This document shows positions 15,384-24,278 of a stretch of 55,962 nucleotides of DNA, piece by piece. Below the pieces are notes generated by a model, which saw only the letters and a list, made by a program, of their open reading frames with translations, was not told the origin of the DNA and searched no databases. A program made the position numbers and the translations under genes. Source of the DNA: a virus; the IMG/VR virus record IMGVR_UViG_3300017971_000057; one strand, 5' to 3'. Positions within the stretch are counted from its first letter, which is position 1. The number at the start of each line of letters is the position of its first letter.

Positions 15384-17258
15384 ATGCCCTGGCATATCGG
15401 AGATCACGCAGACTGTAACGGGTTCGCAGTCATCAAGGACGGCGATGGATCGCTGGCAGGATGCCACGATACGCGAGACGAGGCCGAGGCACAGATGGCG
15501 GCGCTGTACGCGAGCGAGCCAGAGGCCGCGCAAGAGCAAGAGCCGGGCGGCCCGGAGCGGTGCGTGTGTCCAGAGTGCGGATACAGCGCCGACAAGGAGC
15601 GCGGCGTGCCCTGCCGGTCGGTCGAGTGCCCGGAGTGCGGCGCGATGCTAGTAGCACAAAATGAGGATGATGAGATGGGCGAATTGGCAGAGGCGAAAAT
15701 GAAGGATGGACACGCGCGCGGCGACTTTCTCGTGGTGGGTGACCCGGACGAAACGAGCACATGGCATCTGCCTGTCAAGACGGGCGGCGAGCCGGACCAC
15801 CGCTTGATGGGTGCGGCAAAAGCAGCCCTCACCGTCGGCTACCGGGGCAACGTCTACGAGGGGCCGGACAAGCAGGCCGCGATCCGCGCGCTCAAGGCGA
15901 TGTACGATGCCGAGGATATGGAGTGGGATGACGACGACGTGGCCGAGCTCGACACATCCGGGATGAGCCTGGGCGCGCTGTCCGAACTCGTGCGCGGCGC
16001 GTTCCTGGCGCGATACCAGAAGCGCACTGACGACGAGCCCTATGGCGCCGAGGTCTACTACTGGATGCGTGACATTTTCATGGGGCATCCGACCTTTGGC
16101 GACGCGATGATCGTCGAATGCAAGGGCGCGCTCTACCTCGTGCCGTTCTCCCTGGACGGCGAGCAGGTCGAGTTTATGGAGCCCTGGCAAAAGGTGCGCC
16201 AGACCTACGAGTTGGTAGAGGAGCCGCCCGCCCCGATGGCCGAACCGCCCGCCCCGATGGAGGAGGCCGCCTTGTCCGAGGCCGCGACCGGTCGCGTGAT
16301 CGCCATCGAAGAGGCCGAGACCACGATTGGCCTCGTGCCCCTGACTCTGGACGTGGCGTTGATCGAGCCCGGACCGGGCAACGCCCACGACCGGCACTAC
16401 TACCCGGCGGAGGTGCTCAGGCGCGACGCCAAGGTATTTAAGGGCGGCAAGATGCACGCCACGGACCACCGCGAGACCGAGAAGAACGTCGGGACGTGGG
16501 TCTCGACGATCAAAGCCTGCCCGGTCGGATTCACCGAGTCAGGCGCGCCCATCGCCCGCGTGGTGGTTCACAAAGACTGGTTCGCGCGTGACATTCTCGC
16601 GCTCCAGGCCGAGGGCCTGCTTGAGAAAATGGAGTGTTCGATCATCGGATCGGGCAAGGCCAAAAAGGGCAAGGTCAACGAGGCGGAGTACAACATCGTA
16701 GAGGCGATCACGGAAGGATCGGCAGATTGGGTGACCAAGGCGGGCGCCGGCGGGCACGCGCTGGCGCTGGCTGAATCGGATACGCATACAAACGGAGGCG
16801 AAACGGTGAACGAAAACGAGCACGAGCAGGACCAGGACGTTGAGGTCCAAGAAGCCGAAACCGTGACGCTGCGAGAGGAAAACGCAGACCCGCCCCAAGA
16901 GCCCGAGGACGCGCAGAGCGCCGACGGCGAGCAGGACCAAGCGGACGCGGAAGAGGCCACCCCAGAGGCAGCCTATTCAGCGGAGCGGGTGGGCGAGCTT
17001 CTCGCGGAGTCTGGGCTGGGCGAGGATGCGCGGCGGCTGCTCGACCGCCCCTATGAGAGCGAACAGGCCGTACAGGACGCTATAGCCGAGTTCAAGCGCA
17101 TTCTCAAAAAGGCGTCAGGAAGCGGGCAACCCTTCGCGCAAGGCGAGCCGGGACCCGCGCCAGCAAGACAACCGATCAGCGAGGCCGACCGCCAGGCGCG
17201 CTACAAGAGAATCAAAGAGCGGTACGGCCTGACCTATGACGTGGAGGTGACGGAATGA
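15384..17258 (+). CDS. Putative scaffold / prohead-core protein with N-terminal zinc ribbon and acidic C-terminal half
   Basis: Position upstream of the capsid gene. CPECG...CPECG. Long acidic stretch. In-frame 21-bp tandem duplication at 16224-16260 (EPPAPMA-EPPAPME). Confidence 0.5.
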   Translation: MPWHIGDHADCNGFAVIKDGDGSLAGCHDTRDEAEAQMAALYASEPEAAQEQEPGGPERCVCPECGYSADKERGVPCRSVECPECGAMLVAQNEDDEMGELAEAKMKDGHARGDFLVVGDPDETSTWHLPVKTGGEPDHRLMGAAKAALTVGYRGNVYEGPDKQAAIRALKAMYDAEDMEWDDDDVAELDTSGMSLGALSELVRGAFLARYQKRTDDEPYGAEVYYWMRDIFMGHPTFGDAMIVECKGALYLVPFSLDGEQVEFMEPWQKVRQTYELVEEPPAPMAEPPAPMEEAALSEAATGRVIAIEEAETTIGLVPLTLDVALIEPGPGNAHDRHYYPAEVLRRDAKVFKGGKMHATDHRETEKNVGTWVSTIKACPVGFTESGAPIARVVVHKDWFARDILALQAEGLLEKMECSIIGSGKAKKGKVNEAEYNIVEAITEGSADWVTKAGAGGHALALAESDTHTNGGETVNENEHEQDQDVEVQEAETVTLREENADPPQEPEDAQSADGEQDQADAEEATPEAAYSAERVGELLAESGLGEDARRLLDRPYESEQAVQDAIAEFKRILKKASGSGQPFAQGEPGPAPARQPISEADRQARYKRIKERYGLTYDVEVTE

Positions 17259-17884
17259 CCACTGAGTTTTATGGTGCGACGGCGGGCGAGGACTACGAAC
17301 AGAGTTCCGGACCGCTTGTGATTCGACAGGTGCACGAGTCTGATGTGTGGCCCGTGTACGACAATGCCAACGTGACGACCAAGGACAGCGTGCTCGACGC
17401 CAACGGCAACTACAACGGGGTTCACCCCGTGATCGCCATTGGCGGTCGCACCGCGGCTGATGGCCGGCCGCTCAACCTGACCGGCGTGATCGTGGATGTG
17501 ACGCCTTCGAGTACCCTGGCCGAGAGCCTGGTCCGCGTCAAGATCGCGGACGGGATGATCGTGCGCAACTACGTGGCCAACGTGACGGCCTACGCGGCCA
17601 GCGCGCCGAGCACGTTTGAGACCGCGCCCGTTCCGGGCCAGCCGGTCTATGTGGACGACTCGCAGAGCTTGGGCACGGGCGTCACGCTCTCGATGTCCCC
17701 GCTCAACGATGCCGGCCTGCGCAATCCGGTGGCTGGGCACCTGTTCTATGCGCAGGATGAATACGTCAACGACATGGTGGGCGGTCCCAACGCCGCGACC
17801 ACTTTCGACAGCGCTCTGAGCAACAGCCTCGTGCAGCAGGTCTACGCGGTCATCCTGTCCAACGGCTGGCGAGAGCTGGCGTAA
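17255..17884 (+). CDS. Hypothetical head protein (decoration/auxiliary candidate)
   Basis: Lies between the scaffold-like gene and the capsid gene; ATGA coupling at 17255. Confidence 0.5.
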   Translation: MTTEFYGATAGEDYEQSSGPLVIRQVHESDVWPVYDNANVTTKDSVLDANGNYNGVHPVIAIGGRTAADGRPLNLTGVIVDVTPSSTLAESLVRVKIADGMIVRNYVANVTAYAASAPSTFETAPVPGQPVYVDDSQSLGTGVTLSMSPLNDAGLRNPVAGHLFYAQDEYVNDMVGGPNAATTFDSALSNSLVQQVYAVILSNGWRELA

Positions 17885-17896
17885 AGGAGCAATGAG

Positions 17897-19018
17897 ATGA
17901 GAAAGTTTCTTTCACTCCTTGCGGACATCCGCAAGGCACAACTGAGCGAACGGGGCGCAAGCGGCGAGCGGCTGGGCAAGGTCGATGTTCTCTTCCGAGA
18001 GATGGACCGCCAGCTCGATTGGCGCGAACCGCCTGCTGAGAACGAGCAGCTTGCCGAGACCTTGGTCTCTGCCGACTTTCCCTATGCGTTGGAGGAGTAC
18101 GTCAACCGTGAGATGGTGGCGGGCTATCAGCGCAAGGGCTTTGCTTTTGAGCCGTTGGTCTACAACGATACCCTGAGCAACTTCCTCCCGCATACCCGCT
18201 ACCAGAACCGCTGCGGGTTCGACGACCTGGAATACGTCGGCCAGAAGGGCCAGGCGCGACCGGGTTCCATCCAGGATGCCACCAAGCGCCAGTACCAGGT
18301 CTATCGCTGGGAGAAGCAGATCGATTTCTCCTACGAAGCCCTGGTGAACGACGACCTCGGCTACCTGGAGGACACGGTGCGCCTGATGGGCGAGGCGGCC
18401 CGGCGCACGCTGGAAAAGTTCGTCTCGCGGATGTACACCAACGCCGTGAGCATCGCGGCTTTGACCGCTTTGGGCGTGCTCTACTCGCAGACCGGGCGCT
18501 TGACCACGGCCCGCATCAGCGAGGCGCGGATGGCGTTCAACCAGCGCACCGACGCGTGCTCTGAACCGATCAACGCCCGGATGGATCACCTCGTGATCCA
18601 CAGCGGCCTGGTGGACACGGCGCGGCAGATTCAGGCCAGCGAACTGGTGCCAGAACTGGCGACCAACGCGGCCAACATCGTCCGCCCGTTCAACTGGATC
18701 GAAGACCCGTACATCACGGGCACGGCGCCGAACCTGCCCTGGTGGGCGTTCAGCGTGAGCAACAACATCCGTCCGTTCGTGCTGGCGAGGCTGCAAGGCT
18801 GGACTGGCCCACGCGTGGCGCGCAAGCGCAGCGATATGGAGTTTGTCGGCTCGATGCTGGGCGGTGGGGCCCAAGCGCCCGCGATTATGGGCGACTTTGA
18901 CACCGGCAACGTTGTGCTCAAGGTGGTAGACATCTTCGGGACGTACATCGGTGGCACGGGCAACGGCAACTACTTCGACCTGCGCGGCGGCTACTACAGC
19001 GCCGGCACCGCGCCCTAG
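17897..19018 (+). CDS. Major capsid protein candidate (373 aa)
   Basis: Size and position after the scaffold, with strong GGAGCAATGAGATG start context. The fold was not verifiable by eye. Confidence 0.6.
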   Translation: MRKFLSLLADIRKAQLSERGASGERLGKVDVLFREMDRQLDWREPPAENEQLAETLVSADFPYALEEYVNREMVAGYQRKGFAFEPLVYNDTLSNFLPHTRYQNRCGFDDLEYVGQKGQARPGSIQDATKRQYQVYRWEKQIDFSYEALVNDDLGYLEDTVRLMGEAARRTLEKFVSRMYTNAVSIAALTALGVLYSQTGRLTTARISEARMAFNQRTDACSEPINARMDHLVIHSGLVDTARQIQASELVPELATNAANIVRPFNWIEDPYITGTAPNLPWWAFSVSNNIRPFVLARLQGWTGPRVARKRSDMEFVGSMLGGGAQAPAIMGDFDTGNVVLKVVDIFGTYIGGTGNGNYFDLRGGYYSAGTAP

Positions 19019-19044
19019 AACTGGGCGAGAATAGGGGAGCAAAT

Positions 19045-19443
19045 GTGGCAACGAATAGAGAACTTGAACAACGAGTCCAACAGCTAGAGACGCTCCTGGC
19101 GCGGGCCGGGATCGCGGCGGCGATCGCTCCGAGTGATCAACCAGAGGATCGACCGGACTACATCGCCTTCGGCAGCGAGCAGCACGCGACCTTTCTTGGC
19201 CTCGTGCTTCTGAGCGAGGGTGAAGAGCCGCCACAGGGACAGACACATATCCTGACGGGCAGAGACGGGCAACTGTACTGCCTGGAGGATGAGCTAGGGG
19301 CGATGCGATTTTACCCCGGCCTGTCCCTGGACGAGGTGGCGCCGGTCGTGCTGCGGCAGAAGATCAACTGCCTCGAAGGCGGGCCGCCGTCGATCCCGGC
19401 CAATGCGCCGACCATGTGGACGCCGGATCGGCTGATGGCATAA
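19045..19443 (+). CDS. Hypothetical protein
   Basis: ORF track (GTG start after GGGGAGCAA). Confidence 0.5.
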   Translation: MATNRELEQRVQQLETLLARAGIAAAIAPSDQPEDRPDYIAFGSEQHATFLGLVLLSEGEEPPQGQTHILTGRDGQLYCLEDELGAMRFYPGLSLDEVAPVVLRQKINCLEGGPPSIPANAPTMWTPDRLMA

Positions 19444-19453
19444 GGAGACAACT

Positions 19454-20458
19454 ATGGTTACACTTCCACAGGTGCGTCAAGCGCCCTGGTACCCCGGTCA
19501 GATGGGGGTCTCGGGCAGTGACGTACAACGTGGGTTGAGATGGGAGCCGGCAGGCATCGTGCTGTACGTGGATGAGAACCACCCAGGCGCAAGCGCAACC
19601 GCCGACGGCACCGATCCAGAGCATCCACAGACGACGATCCAGCAGGCGATCACGAACCTGACCAACTTTGCCACGGCCATGAGCTGCTCCCTGGAGGGCT
19701 CGGTGATCGTCGTGGCGGCTGAGAGCACGCCGGCGGAGAGCGTGATCATCCCTGCTACCGCACCGAAAAACTGCACCATCCTGGGCGCGGGCGATGGGAT
19801 CAATTGCCCGGCCTGGACGGCGGCAACGGCAACCGGGGTCGCGCTCACGATCCGCCAGCAGGGCTGGACGGTCGATCACATCCTGTTCCGTGCTGGCGCG
19901 GGCGGGCAGTCGATCAAGCTGGACTGGGTTCCGGGCAGCAGCTATGTCGGGTACAGGACCACGATCCAGAACTGTCATTTCGACGGTCTCTGGCAAGGGC
20001 TGTACGCGATCAACCTGTACGGCGCGCCCTATGACGTGGTGATCCGCAACAACTGGTTCCGCGAGTGGCGCAAGGGCGACACCACGGCCTATGCGATCAT
20101 CTGCACCGACAGCTCGACCGCGAACCCGTATATGTGCAAGATCATCGGCAACTGGTTCGAGGAAAACGAAAACCACATCGGCAGCCTGGGCAACAACAAA
20201 TCGTTCAACGTCTCGCTGTTTCAAGGCAACACGTTCCACGACGGTGTGCTGATCACGGCTACGCTGATGCTCGACTTGCGCGGTGGCACCCAAGGCGAGA
20301 ATACCGTCACGCAAAACATCTTTGGTGGCGACTACTCGAACACCGGCGGCTACTACGCCAACGCGGGCAACCCTGGCAACTGGGTCGGCAACATCTGCGA
20401 GGACGTGGCCGAGGCCGAGGTGGCCGACAACGGGTTCAGCGTCGCGGTCCCGGCATAG
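19454..20458 (+). CDS. Right-handed beta-helix (pectate-lyase-like) protein, paralog 1
   Basis: The N-terminus PWYPGQMGVSGSDVQRGLR...VLYVDENHPGASATADGTDPEHPQTTIQQAI is shared with 21071-22063. N/G-rich repeats. Confidence 0.65.
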   Translation: MVTLPQVRQAPWYPGQMGVSGSDVQRGLRWEPAGIVLYVDENHPGASATADGTDPEHPQTTIQQAITNLTNFATAMSCSLEGSVIVVAAESTPAESVIIPATAPKNCTILGAGDGINCPAWTAATATGVALTIRQQGWTVDHILFRAGAGGQSIKLDWVPGSSYVGYRTTIQNCHFDGLWQGLYAINLYGAPYDVVIRNNWFREWRKGDTTAYAIICTDSSTANPYMCKIIGNWFEENENHIGSLGNNKSFNVSLFQGNTFHDGVLITATLMLDLRGGTQGENTVTQNIFGGDYSNTGGYYANAGNPGNWVGNICEDVAEAEVADNGFSVAVPA

Positions 20459-20470
20459 GAGAGATGATAG

Positions 20471-20932
20471 ATGGCAAATCCGAAGGATCAACTTTGGTAT
20501 GACAGCTCAGAAATCCACGTCGCCAAAACCGACGGCGCGGTGCTCAATGGAGACGATCCGATCTTTACCGTCTCTGGCGGCCCTGTCTTGGTGACGCACT
20601 TTTTCGGGCTGGTGACGACCCTGATTGGGGCCAACGTCGCAACCTGTCAGATCCAGTTTGACGTGACAGAGCCGGCGGGCACGGTCAACCTCTCAACAGC
20701 GGTGGCGATCACTGACGATGCGGCAGGCACGAGCTACCACTTCACAGCCGCCACACCGGGCGTTCTGACGCCGACGACCGCCGGCTGCTTTGACCAGGCG
20801 CCGACGAATATGTGGTTCCTGCCCGCGGGGACGATGCAAGCCGCGTGCAGCGCTGCGAATGATGGCGTCATCGCCTGGTATATGGTCTACATCCCGCTGT
20901 CGGCGGACAGCCTCGTCACGGCAGCGGCGTAG
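20471..20932 (+). CDS. ~150-aa partner protein of beta-helix paralog 1
   Basis: Shares FTVSGGPVLV and a C-terminal ...VTAAA with 22073-22519. Confidence 0.55.
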   Translation: MANPKDQLWYDSSEIHVAKTDGAVLNGDDPIFTVSGGPVLVTHFFGLVTTLIGANVATCQIQFDVTEPAGTVNLSTAVAITDDAAGTSYHFTAATPGVLTPTTAGCFDQAPTNMWFLPAGTMQAACSAANDGVIAWYMVYIPLSADSLVTAAA

Positions 20933-20941
20933 GAGAGAGCA

Positions 20942-21070
20942 ATGAAAAAGCAACTTGAACTTCCGCAGGATGACCGCCCGCTGGGCGAACGGCGCGCGGA
21001 GCTGCTGAATCCGAAACCCAAGGTCGAGGCGAAGCCCAAGGTCAAGGCGAAACCAGCCAAGGAGGGCTAA
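20942..21070 (+). CDS. Unlisted 42-aa lysine/proline-rich ORF (MKKQLELPQDDRPLGERRAELLNPKPKVEAKPKVKAKPAKEG)
   Basis: GGAGAGAGCA upstream; the stop abuts ATG 21071. Confidence 0.35.
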   Translation: MKKQLELPQDDRPLGERRAELLNPKPKVEAKPKVKAKPAKEG

Positions 21071-22063
21071 ATGCCAGGATCAAACGTAAGATGGCCGATC
21101 CCATTGCTCAGGGAGCCAGCGTTTTACCCTGGGCAAATGGGCGTGCCTGGCACCGACTCCGAAACTGGCTTGCGCACGGACACCCACGGCACGGTGTTCT
21201 ATGTCGATCCAAACGCCGTGGGCGTCTCGGACCAGCGCGACGGAACGAACCCGAAAGACCCGCTCCAAACGGTGGCGACGGCGATCACCAAGTGCCAACC
21301 GTACCACGGCGACGTGATCGCGGTGATGGCCAACAACTCGTGGCAGTACGGCAACACAGCAGATGGGCGAACAACCGCGATCGTGGAAGAGGTGACGCTG
21401 GACGTTCCGGGCGTGCGCCTGGTGGGCATCTCCAGTGCGGGCCAGGGTGTGTACTGGTATCCGGCCTCCAATGGCGGAATCTGCATCTATGTGACCGCGC
21501 TGGACTGCACCATCGAGGGCTTTTTCTTTTCAGAAGGGCCAACCTATACCGGGTGTACGGCGATCCTGGCCGAGTGGGACGGGGTGAATACGTTCGGTGA
21601 GAACCTGACCGTGCGCAACTGTATATGTGATGACACGGTAGACATCGGCGTTCAGCTTGAGTACTCGTGGTACTGCGACATTCACCACTGCTGGTTCTTG
21701 CAGTGCGATGCATACGGCGTCTACACCAGCCTGGGCGGGTCGGGCACGGACTACAGCTCGATCCACGACAATGTGTTTCTGGACTGTGGATCGGGCGCGA
21801 TTACGCTTCTGGGCGGTGCTGGAAACAACCAGATTGCCCGGAACAGCATCTACAACGCGCACGGGCAGGCGGCGGCATTGGCGACAGACGAGGGGATCAA
21901 CACCAGTACCGGCGATCACAATATGGTGATCGACAACTGGATTAGCTGTCTCTTGCCTGTACCCGCCAATGGTGACTATGACGATCTGAACACTGCATCG
22001 GGCACTGATGCGTGGGTCAACAACCATTGCCTCAACGGGGATTCGACAACTAATCCCACCTAG
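21071..22063 (+). CDS. Right-handed beta-helix protein, paralog 2
   Basis: AFYPGQMGVPGTDSETGLR...VFYVDPNAVGVSDQRDGTNPKDPLQTVATAI is parallel to paralog 1. Confidence 0.65.
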   Translation: MPGSNVRWPIPLLREPAFYPGQMGVPGTDSETGLRTDTHGTVFYVDPNAVGVSDQRDGTNPKDPLQTVATAITKCQPYHGDVIAVMANNSWQYGNTADGRTTAIVEEVTLDVPGVRLVGISSAGQGVYWYPASNGGICIYVTALDCTIEGFFFSEGPTYTGCTAILAEWDGVNTFGENLTVRNCICDDTVDIGVQLEYSWYCDIHHCWFLQCDAYGVYTSLGGSGTDYSSIHDNVFLDCGSGAITLLGGAGNNQIARNSIYNAHGQAAALATDEGINTSTGDHNMVIDNWISCLLPVPANGDYDDLNTASGTDAWVNNHCLNGDSTTNPT

Positions 22064-22072
22064 GAGGGCTGA

Positions 22073-22519
22073 ATGAGTAGGAACGTCTACGGCTCAGCCG
22101 CCGGGTTGGGCCAGTGTGGAGAGTACAAAAACGTCACGTTCGCCGGTGGGGCAGGAACGGGCGCGATCGGCGAGGTGAACTTGTTCACCGTATCCGGCGC
22201 CGTTCTCGTCAACCTCGCCTGTGTCTGCACAGGCGATCTGACCGGGCAGGCCGGGGCGACGGTCGAGGTGGGCATCAGCGGCTCGACGGCGGCGATCATC
22301 GCGCAAACGCTGGCGGCCAACCTTGCCGAGGGCGAAATCTGGCACGACAACAGCCCCGACGCGCACATCGAGGCCGGGACGGTCTTGGCAAGCTACATCG
22401 TCTCGGACAGTGAGGCGATCATCTTGACCGTGGGCACCGGCAACGTATCGACCGGGAGCCTGGCCGTTCAGGCGTGGTGGACGCCCATCACGGCCGGCGC
22501 ATCGGTGACGGCGGCATAA
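22073..22519 (+). CDS. ~150-aa partner protein of beta-helix paralog 2
   Basis: FTVSGAVLVN and a C-terminal ...SVTAA. Confidence 0.55.
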   Translation: MSRNVYGSAAGLGQCGEYKNVTFAGGAGTGAIGEVNLFTVSGAVLVNLACVCTGDLTGQAGATVEVGISGSTAAIIAQTLAANLAEGEIWHDNSPDAHIEAGTVLASYIVSDSEAIILTVGTGNVSTGSLAVQAWWTPITAGASVTAA

Positions 22520-24072
22520 TGACCACAGCGGCGTGGCAGCTAGAGCAAACCGCCATCGGTGTGGGCGATGAGATCGCAAACTCGCTCGCGGCGCGCATCC
22601 TGCAAGTACAGGCCGCGCTCGGTGGGGCAGCGGACGGTGGACACATCCCGCTCTTCACGGGCGCGATCTACTACGTGAACGCGGCGGCTGCGGATGACAC
22701 AGAAGACGGCCTGAGCCCGGCGACGGCAAAAAAGACCATCGGGGCAGCCATCACGGCAGCCTCGGCGGGCGACGCGATCACGATCAAGCAGGGCACGTAT
22801 ACAGAGACCGGCCTGGATGTGAACAAAACCGGGCTGGAACTCTGGTTCGAGTTGGGCGCGATCTTGGACCCAGCTTCGGGAGACTGCCTGACCGTCTCGG
22901 GTAGCTACTGCCGCGTGACGTGCCCTGGCGGCGCGCTGCGGGTGAACAACGACGCCGGGGCCAATAGTGGCATCGTCGTTACCGGGAACTTTGTCTACCT
23001 CAACGAGATTCGCGTATCGTGTGGCTCGACCGGGGCGCTAGGCTTTGACATCCAGGGCGACGGCTGTGACTTGCGCCGGTGCCGGTGTGCGGCCCCGCTT
23101 ACGGCTGCGTTCAAGGTGAGCGGTGACAAGAACAAGTTGGAAGAGTGCTGCACCGGCGGCGAGATCGCAGACACGAGCATCGGATTTTGGCTCACAGGCT
23201 CGTGCGACAAGGCGCGGTTGCGCTGGTGCTCGTCTCAAGGTCACAGCACTGCCGGCTATCAGTTTGACGCAGGCTGTACAAACATCGTCGCTTTCCAGTG
23301 CGAGAGCGGCGGCGGGGATGGGCACTTTGTCGACAACGCAACGTTGACGTTTCTCGACATTCTGGACAAGGACTCCCGCGAGCAGCACGAGCACTCTTAC
23401 CCAACGCCGGACGGCGAAGGGACGGCAGGCGATCCGGTCACGGTCCAGTCACAGATCAACGACGAGACCGGGGCCAACAACACGGCGAACTACTACGGCG
23501 ACGTGGCAGTGGTCGTGCCGCCGGCAACTATCACGACCGACTGGTTCTACCGGGGAATGAACATCTATGCTACGACCACGGCAGACGACCAGCGGTTCTT
23601 CTCCTACCGGGTCGAGTACGACATATCGGCGGCGCGCAATGGCGGCAATGCCTGGGACGCGGGTGCAACGGTGCTCACGTTCGATGACGCCTCGGACTTT
23701 GCCACGGGCGACCTGATCTGGATCAGCACGCCGGGCTACAAACCCAACGGCGAGATTGTCGAGGTGACAGACGTAACGGGCGCGGTCGTGACGATTGCCC
23801 GGCAGACAGAGGCAAGCGGGCGGACGGGGCTGCACTGGAACCACACGACGAACGACGGCGGAAACGAAGTAGCCTATCTCTGTTGGCGTGCTGAGGGTGA
23901 GTATCACAGCTCTGACTTCAATTATTCATCGGCCAGCGCACGCGAGTTCCGCGCCTCCAGGTGGCAGCAGCCGCGCCGGATGCACGCCAACGACGGGGTA
24001 ATCGTGAGAATGATCAACGGAACCGACAACAACAACAGCCAGGCCGACGTAGCAATCATCTGGTCGGACTAG
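22519..24072 (+). CDS. Beta-helix / pectate-lyase-like protein 3 with a C-terminal extra domain
   Basis: IYYVNAAAADDTEDGLSPATAKKTIGAAITAASAGDAITIKQGTYTE. ATG 22519 overlaps the upstream TAA (TAATG). Confidence 0.65.
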   Translation: MTTAAWQLEQTAIGVGDEIANSLAARILQVQAALGGAADGGHIPLFTGAIYYVNAAAADDTEDGLSPATAKKTIGAAITAASAGDAITIKQGTYTETGLDVNKTGLELWFELGAILDPASGDCLTVSGSYCRVTCPGGALRVNNDAGANSGIVVTGNFVYLNEIRVSCGSTGALGFDIQGDGCDLRRCRCAAPLTAAFKVSGDKNKLEECCTGGEIADTSIGFWLTGSCDKARLRWCSSQGHSTAGYQFDAGCTNIVAFQCESGGGDGHFVDNATLTFLDILDKDSREQHEHSYPTPDGEGTAGDPVTVQSQINDETGANNTANYYGDVAVVVPPATITTDWFYRGMNIYATTTADDQRFFSYRVEYDISAARNGGNAWDAGATVLTFDDASDFATGDLIWISTPGYKPNGEIVEVTDVTGAVVTIARQTEASGRTGLHWNHTTNDGGNEVAYLCWRAEGEYHSSDFNYSSASAREFRASRWQQPRRMHANDGVIVRMINGTDNNNSQADVAIIWSD

Positions 24073-24077
24073 GAGCA

Positions 24078-24275
24078 ATGATGGACAAACGAGTGCTGAA
24101 ACTGGCAACCAAACTTGGCGGCGACCGTGGGCTGGCTGCCGTCTTGGTGGACGCGGGGTACGATACGCCCGCCAAGGTGCGGAAAGCTACGAACAAGAAA
24201 CTCGAGGCTATCCCAGGCGTGGGGAGTGCCACGCTAGAGCGAATCCGGGCCAAAGTGCCCAGGAAGGAACCTTAA
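24078..24275 (+). CDS. Small helix-hairpin-helix protein (65 aa)
   Basis: LEAIPGVGSATLERI; AGGAGCA upstream of ATG 24078. Confidence 0.5.
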   Translation: MMDKRVLKLATKLGGDRGLAAVLVDAGYDTPAKVRKATNKKLEAIPGVGSATLERIRAKVPRKEP

Positions 24276-24278
24276 CAA

